DNA from: Leptonemataceae bacterium
GTDB lineage: Bacteria; Spirochaetota; Leptospiria; Leptospirales; Leptonemataceae
Reading direction: 5' to 3'
Length of the DNA: 64,000 nucleotides
Assembly (NCBI GenBank): GCA_965227295.1
Contig: OZ245742.1
Coordinates: 3,648,001 to 3,712,000 of the forward strand
Numbering within the stretch: position 1 is the first letter of the stretch; each line of letters opens with the position of its first letter. Shown here one piece after another: positions 50,313 through 60,306 of this stretch. The notes under the pieces were generated by a model. The model saw only the letters and a program-made list of their open reading frames with translations. It was not told the DNA's origin and made no database searches. The translations under genes were made by a program, and so were the position numbers.

Positions 50313-50374
50313 ACCCGGGCCGCCGGAACGAGGTCCAATCATCCATTGTTATGTTTAATAGTACGAATCTTCGA

Positions 50375-51133
50375 ATGTCACGAATCCTGCCCGCGCTGGT
50401 GATCCTTGTCGCGGTTGTTTCGGCGACACATTGCCGGAGTACAGGCGCGGGCGGCGACGAAGAGGTCGAACTCACCGACGATGCCGGTACCGAATTGCGG
50501 GCCGTGCGCGAACTCTACGCGGCGCCGGATTGTTACCTGGCTGCTTTCACCGTACGCGGCAACGTACCCGGTGAAGGTGAGCGCGAGGCCCGGGGTTCCA
50601 TCCGGGCAGACAACATCAACCAGCGCATGCTGCTCATCTTCCGGGATCCGTTTCTGGGAATCACACTGTCGCGCCTCGTTGTAAAGGACGGCCAGGTATA
50701 TCTCAGTAATCCGCGCACGGATCTTTATTCGGTGCCCCTGGAACAATTCGAACTGCGCGGCATGGGCAACAACGCCATCTCATTGCCGTTCAGCGTGTTC
50801 CAGGATCTTTTGTATGCGCGTCTGCCGCAGACGTTGTTTACGAAGAAAGCGAAGCGCAGCCTGGAAGATGCGAAGCTCAGCGTAGTTGTCGACGAACCGC
50901 AGCGGAACGAAAACTATCGTTACGACTTCGTTGAACGCCGGCTCCGGGAAATCCGCTACAAACGCAACGTCACGGACGTACAGATCCAGCTCGATGGAAC
51001 CTACGGGGATACGGTTTTCCCGCGGACTATCGAAGTGGCCACGCTGGCACCGACCCGGGATCGTATGTATCTTCGCTTTACGAGCATCAATCCCAACGTT
51101 AGCTGTCGCGACTCGCACTTTTCCGAACGCTGA
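50375..51133 (+). CDS. Lipoprotein, LolA/LolB-like (DUF4292-like) fold
   Basis: Lipoprotein signal ending 'SATHC'; beta-rich; follows the TPR gene. Family call is tentative. Confidence 0.55.
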   Translation: MSRILPALVILVAVVSATHCRSTGAGGDEEVELTDDAGTELRAVRELYAAPDCYLAAFTVRGNVPGEGEREARGSIRADNINQRMLLIFRDPFLGITLSRLVVKDGQVYLSNPRTDLYSVPLEQFELRGMGNNAISLPFSVFQDLLYARLPQTLFTKKAKRSLEDAKLSVVVDEPQRNENYRYDFVERRLREIRYKRNVTDVQIQLDGTYGDTVFPRTIEVATLAPTRDRMYLRFTSINPNVSCRDSHFSER

Positions 51134-52583
51134 GCCTGTTGCAATGTGCCAGGGCGAGGGTGACCCAGAATAACGTTACGACCTCGTCGTCCTGGAAGTA
51201 GCACTGGGCGAAGCCGGCCAGAAAGAAGGCGGCGCTGCCGACGAGCAGGTAGTCGCCTCGCCCGATACCGCTTTCCGTGGACGCCGGCCGTTGCAGGGCG
51301 CGCGTGCTGAGGAAGATCAGTGCCAGGAAACAGAGCGCCGCCGGGAAACCGCCCACCGCCGCGATATGCAACAGATCGTTGTGTGCGTGGCCGCGCGGCG
51401 TGTTCTTAACGTAGTATAAAGTCTCCGGATGTTTACGAACGTAAGCGTCGCGCCAGCGCTCGCCGGCAATCTCAAAGTTGCCCGCGCCGCTGCCGAATGC
51501 CGGCCGCGCCAGGGCCAGGTCTCCCGCCGCCGTCCAGAGAATCATGCGCGAGTAATCCGTATGCCGATCCATACGCGCGGTTACGTGCATGACCCGCGCA
51601 CGCAAAGCCTGCGCCGTTTCCGAGGAGGAACTCACCGTGAATACCAGCGTGCCGGTGCACGCGATGAGCAACGCCACTACGATTTTTCCTGCGTCACGAC
51701 CTGAGAGTCGCGGAAACGGCAGCCCGATCTTGTGCCGGTCGCGCCAGAAGAGCACGGGCAGAAAGATCATGCCGCCCACGACAAAGCCGAAGAGGGCCGA
51801 GCGCGTGCCGTTGACCGCGAGCACAAGGCAACCCGCGGCGGCGAGGGCGAATGCCAGAATACGTGCGAAGCGCCGGCCGGCAAAGAACGTACCGGCTATG
51901 AGATGGGGGAGGATGAGAATCAGCAAACCGGCGTATGTAAGCCGCGTGTTCATGAAGCCGATGGGACGAAAAAAAGCAAGGCCGGCGATGCTGCCGAAGG
52001 GATGTTGCGGTCGGTTGTTCGCGCCGGGAATGAACTCACTGCCGGACAGCCAGGCCATGGCGACCCGCGCGAGACGGTACTCGGTAAACACCGACGCCGC
52101 CCCGGATGCTACAATCAGAACGGCAAAGGCCGTGAGGCCGCCGAAGAGAACGCGGCGTTGTCCGTCCGTGCGCGTACCGAGGCGCAGTACCAGCAGGCCG
52201 AACAGATACAGCGGTAGATCGCTCCATTCACTCCGCACCGCACGCCGCAACGAAACGAGGAGGGTGTCTCCTGTATCGAAGGGATCGGCGACGGCGGCGA
52301 TAAGTCCGCCGAGAATCAACCAGGCGAAGTAGAGCGCCCCCGCGATGAACGGAGCCGGCAGTTCGGGAAAGAATCGCCGCTCATCCGGCGAAGCGTTGCG
52401 ATCCCTCCAGGCAAGCAGGCGCGCGCCGAAAAACAGAACAAAGGCGAGGCCGATGGCGATTTGCGTGACGCTGATCGATACCGCCATCGCCGGGAGGGCC
52501 AACGCTGCGGCGTAAGTTGCAAAGAGTTCCAGTTTGGCGGAACGGCCGGTGCGCGAATCGATTTGCTCAGAAGCCGAGGTCAT
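51099..52583 (-). CDS. O-antigen ligase family membrane protein
   Basis: Multi-TM; 'GTRSA', 'FGSGAGNF', 'HAHNDLLH'. Confidence 0.88.
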   Translation of the reverse strand: MTSASEQIDSRTGRSAKLELFATYAAALALPAMAVSISVTQIAIGLAFVLFFGARLLAWRDRNASPDERRFFPELPAPFIAGALYFAWLILGGLIAAVADPFDTGDTLLVSLRRAVRSEWSDLPLYLFGLLVLRLGTRTDGQRRVLFGGLTAFAVLIVASGAASVFTEYRLARVAMAWLSGSEFIPGANNRPQHPFGSIAGLAFFRPIGFMNTRLTYAGLLILILPHLIAGTFFAGRRFARILAFALAAAGCLVLAVNGTRSALFGFVVGGMIFLPVLFWRDRHKIGLPFPRLSGRDAGKIVVALLIACTGTLVFTVSSSSETAQALRARVMHVTARMDRHTDYSRMILWTAAGDLALARPAFGSGAGNFEIAGERWRDAYVRKHPETLYYVKNTPRGHAHNDLLHIAAVGGFPAALCFLALIFLSTRALQRPASTESGIGRGDYLLVGSAAFFLAGFAQCYFQDDEVVTLFWVTLALAHCNRLSVRKSASRDS

Positions 52584-53343
52584 CGGCCTTCTCGGTTTCC
52601 ACCGGCGCGTCGGGTTGCGGTTCGTAGATGCGCACTTCTGATTGCAGCTTTTCCCGCAATTGTTCCAGTAGCAGGCTCTGATTCTTTGCCGCCGTTTCGT
52701 TCAGCACGGGCAGGTAGTTCCGATAGACCTCGCCGAGATCGATGCTGCCGCCGTAGGGTTCCGCCGTGGTTTCGACGTTCGTTTGCGCCTGGTAGATCAA
52801 ACCCGAGCGTCCCGAATAAATGTTGAAGTAGAGCGTGCTGTCCACCACCGCCGGTAGCGCCATGACCTTGCGCACCTCGTGGTCGGTGAGTACGGTGATG
52901 AAGTACTCGACGCCGAGGCCCCGGGCCATGCGCAGCATCAGTTCTTCTTCACTCGCGGAGGTTACCATGGGCAACTGCGCCGTGTTCAGGTACCACTTTT
53001 CCCGCAGGGGGAACCGGCCTTCCAGATACAGCGGCTGGTTCAAGATGGCCGTGCGATCCACCGGGCGCATCGTCAGATCGTTTTCCATGATCCCCAGGAC
53101 GCCGCGATAAAACTCGCGGTAGTCATCGTCGTTCAGCCGGGCGATCCAGTTCAGGCCGTTGCTGTTCGAGTAAGCGACCTTGAGCATCATCACGGTGAAC
53201 AGGGCGGCGGGCGCGTCTTTTTGCAGCGCCGGTTTGCCGGAGCCGGCGAGGGTGCCCATGTAGAGCGGTTGGCTGCGGCAGGACCAGAGCGCGCCCGCGA
53301 GGAAAAGGAGTACGAGAGTATTGCGGAAGAATCGAAAAGACAT
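52567..53343 (-). CDS. Hypothetical lipoprotein
   Basis: Lipobox 'ALWSC'; in line with the tonB/exb cluster. Confidence 0.75.
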   Translation of the reverse strand: MSFRFFRNTLVLLFLAGALWSCRSQPLYMGTLAGSGKPALQKDAPAALFTVMMLKVAYSNSNGLNWIARLNDDDYREFYRGVLGIMENDLTMRPVDRTAILNQPLYLEGRFPLREKWYLNTAQLPMVTSASEEELMLRMARGLGVEYFITVLTDHEVRKVMALPAVVDSTLYFNIYSGRSGLIYQAQTNVETTAEPYGGSIDLGEVYRNYLPVLNETAAKNQSLLLEQLREKLQSEVRIYEPQPDAPVETEKADDLGF

Positions 53344-53357
53344 AAGCGCCGGCCGGT

Positions 53358-54032
53358 TCAGTTGATCGTGAAGGAGATCGTGGTATCCCATACGATGTCC
53401 TTCGCTTCACCGTTAACCATATACGGGCGCCCCTCGACGCGTGTCTTGTTTAAAAGCACGTTGCGGATGGAACGAATGAACTCTTTCTGGAACGTCTGGT
53501 GTCCGCCACCCTGGCTGCGAATGCTGCGTACTTTCACGTCCCGGATGTTTCCGCTCTTGTCGATGTAGACGCGCACGGCCGCCGTAACCCGGCCCAGATT
53601 CGCCCGGCGGGCGGCGTCCGGGTAGTCGTCGTTGCCGGTGCGCGCGTCGAGGAAAATGGAATAGCGCTGATTGAAGTCCAGTGTCGGGTCTACGGCGTTG
53701 GCCCAGTTGATCTGCTCTTCTTCTTTCAGTTTATCGACTTCGACAATCTCGTCGGAAAGATCCCGCGACTCCGGCGGTTTCACGTCTTCGACTTCTGAGA
53801 ACTCGACGAAGGTCATCTCGGTACTTACATTCAGGTCCACGTTCTCCGGTTCGGCGGCGGGGATCAGAAAGAGCACCACTTCGTACAGAACGAGCGCAAG
53901 AATTTGCAACGCGAAGGCCACCGGCAACCACTCGCGCAGATCCCAGGTTTGCAAACGTGCGAAGAGTTTCGACCACCACGTTTCATTCGCCGCGACAGTG
54001 TCGCCGTCGTTTATGGTTGCCGTGGAATTCAT
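53358..54032 (-). CDS. tonB: TonB-family energy transducer
   Basis: Single TM; 'DYPDAARRA...VRVYIDKSGNI'; follows exbBD. Confidence 0.75.
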   Translation of the reverse strand: MNSTATINDGDTVAANETWWSKLFARLQTWDLREWLPVAFALQILALVLYEVVLFLIPAAEPENVDLNVSTEMTFVEFSEVEDVKPPESRDLSDEIVEVDKLKEEEQINWANAVDPTLDFNQRYSIFLDARTGNDDYPDAARRANLGRVTAAVRVYIDKSGNIRDVKVRSIRSQGGGHQTFQKEFIRSIRNVLLNKTRVEGRPYMVNGEAKDIVWDTTISFTIN

Positions 54033-54484
54033 GGCACGGCCTCGGCTTCCACCGGCGTTTGCGGCGGGCCCGATCCTACCGGGCGCGTGGTAATGACAAG
54101 ATTGCGGATGCCGGCTTCTTTCAGCACGTCGACGATCTCGTTCATGTTGCGGTACGGCAGATCCTTTTCGATGTTCAGGTATACGCGTACGGCGGCCGGA
54201 GCAAAGGCGGCGCGCTCGCGGATCTCTCCGGCCAGTGTGGCCAGGGGAATGGCTTTGTTGAAAAAATATGCCCGGCCTTGTTCCGCCATCTCGCGATCGA
54301 TGTAGATGATAAGCGGGTAGGGTGAGTTCATGCCGCTGCCGTCGACTTCGGGGATGTCCACCGCACGCGGTTTCTGGTCCGTCACCATCGTGGTGGCCAT
54401 GTAGAAAATAAGCAAAAGAAAAGCAATGTCGCCCATGGCACTGAGCGGGATCGGCGGGGCCTTGCGTTTTTTTCGGAGCATCAT
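54029..54484 (-). CDS. exbD: ExbD/TolR family protein
   Basis: 'AMGDIAFLLLIFYMAT'. Confidence 0.9.
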   Translation of the reverse strand: MMLRKKRKAPPIPLSAMGDIAFLLLIFYMATTMVTDQKPRAVDIPEVDGSGMNSPYPLIIYIDREMAEQGRAYFFNKAIPLATLAGEIRERAAFAPAAVRVYLNIEKDLPYRNMNEIVDVLKEAGIRNLVITTRPVGSGPPQTPVEAEAVP

Positions 54485-54904
54485 TTAACGATCGCCCCCC
54501 GAGCTCATGCCGATGGAAACGCGTTCAATGCGCAGCTCTTGCAGCAAACGTACGAGTTCCGGAATCTTACGCGACGGGGATTCTGCATCGGCGCGGACGA
54601 CCACCACCAGCTCCGAGTTTTCCGCGAAGCTTTGTTGGATCTGCGTCGCCAGCGCGTCGCGTTCTATCACCGCGCCGTCGTACGTGAAGCCGCCGTCCGG
54701 GGCGATGCCGATCTTAAAGATGTTTTCTTTTAAGATTTGCATGGGCGGCGCGTCTTTTTTCGGCAGCGGGATCTGCACGCCGCGCAGTTCCAACAATGCG
54801 CTCGCCGCGAGGAAGAATACGATCAGCAGAAACGCGATGTCCGCCGTACTCGCCAGCGGGATCTCGTCCACTTCCCGGGTCTTGCGTTTGACTCGAAAGG
54901 CCAT
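54485..54904 (-). CDS. exbD: ExbD/TolR family protein
   Basis: 'TADIAFLLIVFFL', 'VVVRAD'. Confidence 0.9.
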   Translation of the reverse strand: MAFRVKRKTREVDEIPLASTADIAFLLIVFFLAASALLELRGVQIPLPKKDAPPMQILKENIFKIGIAPDGGFTYDGAVIERDALATQIQQSFAENSELVVVVRADAESPSRKIPELVRLLQELRIERVSIGMSSGGDR

Positions 54905-54923
54905 ACGTTCGGTTGCTTCGCGT

Positions 54924-55805
54924 TTACCCCTGGCCCTGTTCTTCGTTCACCGCGCCCGTGATGGCAGAAGACGCGCGCTCCACCTCCATGGTGAAGTTAT
55001 CGATGTAGTAAATGAACAGGTTGTACGCGAGGTACGTCGGAATCGCCACGAGCAGTCCGGCCGCCGTGGTGATGAGAGCTTCTTCGACACCGCCGGCCAG
55101 GTCCTGGGCTGTCGGTGCCGCCTTCTCTACGAACTGCAAAAACGACGCGCGCATCCCCACAACTGTACCGAAGAAGCCGAGCAGCGGAGCCAGGTTGCCC
55201 AGGTTCGCGAGCAGGTTCAGGCCGCGCTCCAGCTTTCCGATTTCCACGGTGGCCGCGCTTTCGATCTCTTTCTCCACCCGGGCCGAGCCGCGATCGCGGT
55301 GCTTCAAACCCGCCGCGAGAACCCGACCGAGCAGACGGTCGTCGTCCGCGAATTTCTTTTGGGCTGCCGCCGGGCCGCCGGAGGACAGCACTTCGCTCAG
55401 TTCTTCGTAGAAACCTTTCGTGTTTACGTTCTGGCGCCGGAAGTAGAAGACACGTTCCAGCGAGAAGGCGACGATGATGGTTGAGATGAGTCCCAGACCC
55501 ACCATGGTCCAGCCGCCTTTGTAGATGATGCCGAAGATGGATTCGCCGGAAGCTTTCTCCTCGGGTTCCGGCTGCTGTTCTTCAGTCTGATCGTTTGCGA
55601 CACTCGCGTCTTCCGCCGACGCCTCTTCCCCTGCGGCCTCTTCGCCCTCGGGTGCCGCGTCCGGCTGTTCCTGGGCGTGCAGCCCGTTGGCCGTTGTGAA
55701 CTGAGAAATGAGAACGGGACTGAACAGCAGAACGAATCCCAGCAGAAAGGCGCCGGGAAGGGAGCGGGACGGGGAAAACAGAACGGAACGCAGGCGATGG
55801 ATCAC
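54924..55805 (-). CDS. exbB: MotA/TolQ/ExbB proton channel protein
   Basis: 'APLLGFFGTVVGM', 'EALITTAAGLLVAIP'. Confidence 0.93.
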   Translation of the reverse strand: MIHRLRSVLFSPSRSLPGAFLLGFVLLFSPVLISQFTTANGLHAQEQPDAAPEGEEAAGEEASAEDASVANDQTEEQQPEPEEKASGESIFGIIYKGGWTMVGLGLISTIIVAFSLERVFYFRRQNVNTKGFYEELSEVLSSGGPAAAQKKFADDDRLLGRVLAAGLKHRDRGSARVEKEIESAATVEIGKLERGLNLLANLGNLAPLLGFFGTVVGMRASFLQFVEKAAPTAQDLAGGVEEALITTAAGLLVAIPTYLAYNLFIYYIDNFTMEVERASSAITGAVNEEQGQG

Positions 55806-55974
55806 AGATATCTCCAGGTAGATGTGGAATCGGAAAACGTATTCTTGACAATAAGTACGAGAATGAATGAAAGACCGGGTACAACCTCATCCGTCTCAGG
55901 AAGTGCGCTGTAAAGGAATTTACGGATGACTCTCCTGCCGGAGTGCTGTATTTTCAGACGAGAGAGTAAGCCAG

Positions 55975-56166
55975 ATGTTCGTCAACGGTGAAGAAGTACA
56001 AACCCCGGCCGGTACGCTCCTGGAGCTCATTGAGAGCTTCGAACTGGATCCCCGGACGGTGGCGGTGGAACGCAATGGCGAGATTCCACCGCGGGATACC
56101 TGGGAGCAGGTCCGGCTTACGGCAGACGATCGCATCGAGCTGATTCGATTCGTCGGAGGCGGCTGA
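55975..56166 (+). CDS. thiS: Sulfur carrier protein ThiS
   Basis: 'VNGE', 'VAVERNGEI', C-terminal 'FVGGG'. Confidence 0.93.
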   Translation: MFVNGEEVQTPAGTLLELIESFELDPRTVAVERNGEIPPRDTWEQVRLTADDRIELIRFVGGG

Positions 56167-56170
56167 GTAC

Positions 56171-56899
56171 ATGTTCCCCGGAGCGGGCTTTTATCCCATC
56201 CTCGATCTGGATACCTGTCGGCGGAGCGGGCTGGAGCTGGAAGCAGTACCGGAACGCTGGCGGCGCTTTCCCGGGCTTACGTACTATCAGCTTCGCGCGA
56301 AGAACCTGGAGTGTAACGCCTACGTGCGTCTGGCCGAACGGTTGCGACAGCGCTATCCGGAGTTTTCCATCATCGCCAACGATCGCTACGACGCGGTCCT
56401 GGCCCGGCCCGAGCCTTTCGCCGGCCTGCATCTCGGGCAGGAGGACCTGGAAGACCTCCGCCGCCAGGGCGCGGTTTTGGACCGTTTGCGGGAAATGCAT
56501 GAAAGCCGTCCCGGCTTCGTATTGGGCCTTTCGACCCACGGCTCGCGGCAGTTACACCAGGCCCTGGAAGGCCCGGACGCCTACTGGTCGTACCTGGCCA
56601 TCGGCCCATGTTTTCACACGGACTCGAAGCCAGGGGGGCCGGATCCGGTCCTGTCCGGGGAAGAATTTCGGGCGGCGGTGGCGGCGGCATCTGTAGAAAA
56701 GGAAGACGTCCCGGCCTGCCTGGTATTTATTGGAGGAATTCACGGCGAGAACGTGGAGGCTCTCCTGCAGGGATTTGAAACGGCGTTCCGGGAACCGTTG
56801 CGCCGCCGGCCCCGGCCGGTGGTGGCGGCGATTCAGGCGGCGCTGGAGGATGCGGATATTTCCCGCATTCTCGAAAAATTAAGTCCTTACATGGCTTGA
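56171..56899 (+). CDS. thiE: Thiamine phosphate synthase family protein
   Basis: 'QLRAK', 'IAND', 'GLHLGQEDL', 'GLSTH', 'YLAIGP', 'FIGGI'. Confidence 0.85.
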   Translation: MFPGAGFYPILDLDTCRRSGLELEAVPERWRRFPGLTYYQLRAKNLECNAYVRLAERLRQRYPEFSIIANDRYDAVLARPEPFAGLHLGQEDLEDLRRQGAVLDRLREMHESRPGFVLGLSTHGSRQLHQALEGPDAYWSYLAIGPCFHTDSKPGGPDPVLSGEEFRAAVAAASVEKEDVPACLVFIGGIHGENVEALLQGFETAFREPLRRRPRPVVAAIQAALEDADISRILEKLSPYMA

Positions 56900-56933
56900 C
56901 AGGGGCAGGGGACATAATAATTCACACATTGCA

Positions 56934-57770
56934 ATGATAGGTGACGCACTTTTGAGTGATCAATCGGCGGGAACGGCGAAAGAAGATCGGGACTATATCC
57001 TCGAGTACAAGTCCATCGATCTATCCGGCTTAAGGCGGGAAGAGATTCTCGACGTGCCGGTCGACAATATCACCCGGGATGAGGCCGTGGCGGCCATTCT
57101 CGAGATGGTCGAGAAGAAAGACGGCCCCCATCACGTCCTGTTCCTGGACCCGCTGAAGCTCATGCGCATCCGGCGCAGCAAAAAGCTTGGTTTCGTCGGG
57201 GATCAGGCACGCCTCATTCTCGCTGACGGCGGCGGCCTGGGCTGGGCCGCGCAGAAACACGGTTGGGAACTCCGGGAGCGTATTCCCATGATCGCCATGA
57301 TCATGGATCTGGTGCGTCTGGCCGCGAAGAAGGACCTCACCATCTACCTGCTGGGCTCGCGCATGGAGAACCTGGAGCGGGTCTTCTTTAATCTGCAGCG
57401 TAGCTTTCCGGGCGTGCGCATCATCGGTCGTCAGGAAGGCTACTTCTCGAAAGAGCGCGAAACCCTCGTCAAAGAGTCCCTGCGCAAATCGTCTCCGGAC
57501 ATCATCTTTCTCGGCTTTGGTTTTCCGTTACAGGAAATCTGGATGCGCGACAACTGGGACTATCTTTCCAACGCGGTGGTCGTCGGTGTCGACGGCTCCT
57601 TCGACATCCTTTCCGGGCGTCGCAAGAAGGCCCCGGACTCGGTTCAGCTCAAGGGATTCACCTGGCTCTGGCGCACAATCACGCGGCCGTTCCTTCTGGA
57701 CCGCTTCTTTGCCATGCTGGGCTTCTATCTCATGACGCTCTGGCACGGCTTTCGCCGGCCGAAGAACTAA
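56934..57770 (+). CDS. WecB/TagA/CpsF family glycosyltransferase
   Basis: 'LADGGGL', 'IYLLG', 'GYF', 'PDIIFLGFGFPLQEIW', 'GSFDILSG..KKAP'. Confidence 0.9.
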   Translation: MIGDALLSDQSAGTAKEDRDYILEYKSIDLSGLRREEILDVPVDNITRDEAVAAILEMVEKKDGPHHVLFLDPLKLMRIRRSKKLGFVGDQARLILADGGGLGWAAQKHGWELRERIPMIAMIMDLVRLAAKKDLTIYLLGSRMENLERVFFNLQRSFPGVRIIGRQEGYFSKERETLVKESLRKSSPDIIFLGFGFPLQEIWMRDNWDYLSNAVVVGVDGSFDILSGRRKKAPDSVQLKGFTWLWRTITRPFLLDRFFAMLGFYLMTLWHGFRRPKN

Positions 57771-57785
57771 CGAAGCGGGGCGTGC

Positions 57786-58208
57786 GTGAAGCCCCGTTTG
57801 TATCTGGACTGCGACGGTGTAATTCTTCCGTCCTGTGAGCATACCTCCGAGTTCCTCGAACTCTGCGTTGAATGGTTTCGAGTCATGTGGATCTCCGATC
57901 GGGAGATCGAATACCAAAACGGTGTCATCGATTTTCTGGAAGACTTTCAGAAGTTTCTTTCACCCGTCGACGTCCAATTGCTGTATCGCATAGAATCGAA
58001 TCCCCGGCGCAGCCTGTACAAACACGAGCGCCTGGATTTGAGCGAACCGTTTCTCTGGATCGATGACGCCCCCATGGGACCGGACTACGATTTTCTGGAT
58101 CAGCACGATTTGCGCGATTCCCTCATCATCGTAAAGGCCTGGCGACCCGAGACCATGCAGGCGGCCATGGAAAGATTGCGAGCGTACGTGCGCGATCCAT
58201 CACACTGA
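57786..58208 (+). CDS. HAD-superfamily protein (Swiss Army Knife RNA repair-like)
   Basis: 'LYLDCDGVI' motif I and 'FLWIDD' motif IV. Confidence 0.7.
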   Translation: MKPRLYLDCDGVILPSCEHTSEFLELCVEWFRVMWISDREIEYQNGVIDFLEDFQKFLSPVDVQLLYRIESNPRRSLYKHERLDLSEPFLWIDDAPMGPDYDFLDQHDLRDSLIIVKAWRPETMQAAMERLRAYVRDPSH

Positions 58209-60280
58209 TGAAGTCCCTCCGTTACATCCTTGTTCTGTTGCTGGTTCTGTCCTGCGGTCCGCCTCCGGAAAATCCGGCACGGTCCGCGCCGGTCATCCCC
58301 ACGGCTACGCCGACGGTTTCCGAGCGCATCGATCTCAGCGACAACGCCTTTGATCGAGAACCGCCGCTGCGCGTGGAATTTCGCGGCGAGGATGAGCGTG
58401 TGAGCATCGATCTGGGTGAGCACCACCGCGGCCGATTGTTCGGGCTGATGCTTGCCGGACAGGCCGTGGGCTATCGTTTGATTCCGGCCGCGGAACGCGA
58501 GGGCGCACCGGACGCATACATTGTAGATGCACGCCTGGTACCGCAGCTTCAGCCGCGGTTGTTATTGCTCACGCCGCGAAATCCAGGGGACCGGCTCGTT
58601 TTTGACATCATCGACGTGGAAGATCCGTTGCCGCCGGAAATCCCGGGACTGCCGGCCGGCGCCGCCATCCCGAATGAGGACATGCGCTTCGAAGGCCGGC
58701 CCGGAATCCAGCTGGGCGCTGCGGCGGCGATGATTGCGGCGCATGAGCGAGGCCTCGCGCTGGACATGTTTCTCTTCGGCGCGTTTACGCTCATTGCATT
58801 CTCGTATTTGATTCTGTATGTGACACGGCGTAGCGAGCGGAGCTTTCTTTTGTTCGGTGTCTTTTGTTTACTCGCCGCAGTGGTGATTCTGCTCGCGGGT
58901 TCGCGGGCGTGGGTCTCGCTGATCGACCCTCAGCTCCGATGGAGCCTGCACGCCATCGTGGTGGATCGTGTGCAGGGGGTGTGCATTGCACTGGCAGCGC
59001 CGGTATTCCTGGATTTGGTCTACGAGGTCTTCGGCGAGGGCCGCAAGCGGATCATCGTGCGCGGGGCATACGTGGTTGCGATTCTCGTGGCCGTGGCGGC
59101 CTTGGTTCTGCCGCCCCTCACGGCCATAACGCTGTTGTTCCTCTATCGCTTTGTCGTACTGGCAGAGGCGTTGTGGATTCTGTACGTGTTGTTTCGAGCC
59201 TGGCGGATGGACCGTCCCGGCGCGCGGCTCACACTCCCGGGCGTCCTGCTCCTGGCCTCGGCCGGCATCTTTGATATGTTCAGTCAGTCCCGGGCGGAAC
59301 CTGCGCCGGTGCTGCTTTTCGCCCCGGCCCTCGGAGTCTTCGTATTGATTCAGGCGGCCATGTTGTCGCGCCGGTTCGCCTGGGCCTTTGCGAAGTTCGA
59401 ATCGTTATCGAACAAGCTCAATCGCAGCATCAGCAGTCCTGACGACATCCAGACGTTGCACATGGAACTGGATGCCGCGCGAACGATTCAGCAGTCGCTC
59501 ATCCCCGCGGTCCCGCCGGAGGTCGAGCACGCTTCCATTGCCGCGCGTTATCGAACCATGCAGATTGTCGGTGGGGACTTCTACGATTTCCGCACCGGGA
59601 CGAAGACCCTGGGAGTGCTGATGGCGGACGTCTCCGGCCACGGCATCCCGGCGGCTTTGATCGTATCGATGGTGAAGCTGGCGTTCTGGTTGCAGAAGGA
59701 TCAACTGCCCGCGCCCGGTTCGCTGTTCTCGCGCATGAACGACATTCTGCTGGATAACATTCGCGGAGAGTTTGTTACGGCATGTTACGTCTGGATTGAT
59801 TTCGATCGTATGGAGCTGAAGACGAGCAACGCCGGTCATCCGCCGCTGCTGATCTGGAAGGCTTCGGAACGTTCGCTCATCCAGCTCCGTCCCAACGGCC
59901 GCCTCCTGGGCCTGCTGCCGAATCCCGAGTACGAAGTCCAGAGCCTGGACCTGGAACCGGGCGACCGCATCGTCCTGTATACCGACGGGGTCTACGAGGC
60001 GCCGGCCGCCGACGGCAGCGGAAACCAGTACGGCCTGGAGCGCTTTCTGGATTTCGTGCGCGCCAACGCCCGACTTTCCCCCGACCGTTTCGCCGATGAA
60101 CTCATGGATACGTTGATCAATTGGTGCGGCCACGAGGATCGCATTGCCGACGACATTGCGCTGGTGGTCATCGACATCGAGGGGAGCGCACTGCAGACCG
60201 AGAGCCGTGTGGTTTCCCGCGGGAACCGGGCGCTACAGGCCGTGCAATCGGCGTGGCAGTCGTTGGGGCGGCGGCGGTGA
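58208..60280 (+). CDS. 7TM-DISM-like membrane sensor with SpoIIE/PP2C phosphatase domain
   Basis: About seven TM helices, then 'VGGDFYD', 'ADVSGHG', 'NAGHPP', 'LYTDG', 'DDIALV'. Confidence 0.9.
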   Translation: MKSLRYILVLLLVLSCGPPPENPARSAPVIPTATPTVSERIDLSDNAFDREPPLRVEFRGEDERVSIDLGEHHRGRLFGLMLAGQAVGYRLIPAAEREGAPDAYIVDARLVPQLQPRLLLLTPRNPGDRLVFDIIDVEDPLPPEIPGLPAGAAIPNEDMRFEGRPGIQLGAAAAMIAAHERGLALDMFLFGAFTLIAFSYLILYVTRRSERSFLLFGVFCLLAAVVILLAGSRAWVSLIDPQLRWSLHAIVVDRVQGVCIALAAPVFLDLVYEVFGEGRKRIIVRGAYVVAILVAVAALVLPPLTAITLLFLYRFVVLAEALWILYVLFRAWRMDRPGARLTLPGVLLLASAGIFDMFSQSRAEPAPVLLFAPALGVFVLIQAAMLSRRFAWAFAKFESLSNKLNRSISSPDDIQTLHMELDAARTIQQSLIPAVPPEVEHASIAARYRTMQIVGGDFYDFRTGTKTLGVLMADVSGHGIPAALIVSMVKLAFWLQKDQLPAPGSLFSRMNDILLDNIRGEFVTACYVWIDFDRMELKTSNAGHPPLLIWKASERSLIQLRPNGRLLGLLPNPEYEVQSLDLEPGDRIVLYTDGVYEAPAADGSGNQYGLERFLDFVRANARLSPDRFADELMDTLINWCGHEDRIADDIALVVIDIEGSALQTESRVVSRGNRALQAVQSAWQSLGRRR

Positions 60281-60306
60281 CTTAACAGGATGGTTTCGCA
60301 GGAGAG

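Noticed and set aside
55806..55974. TPP riboswitch upstream of thiS, or a Fur box upstream of exbB
   Set aside because: No GCTGAGA / CCTGAT TPP core is present, and the AT-rich stretch matches the Fur consensus too weakly to call.
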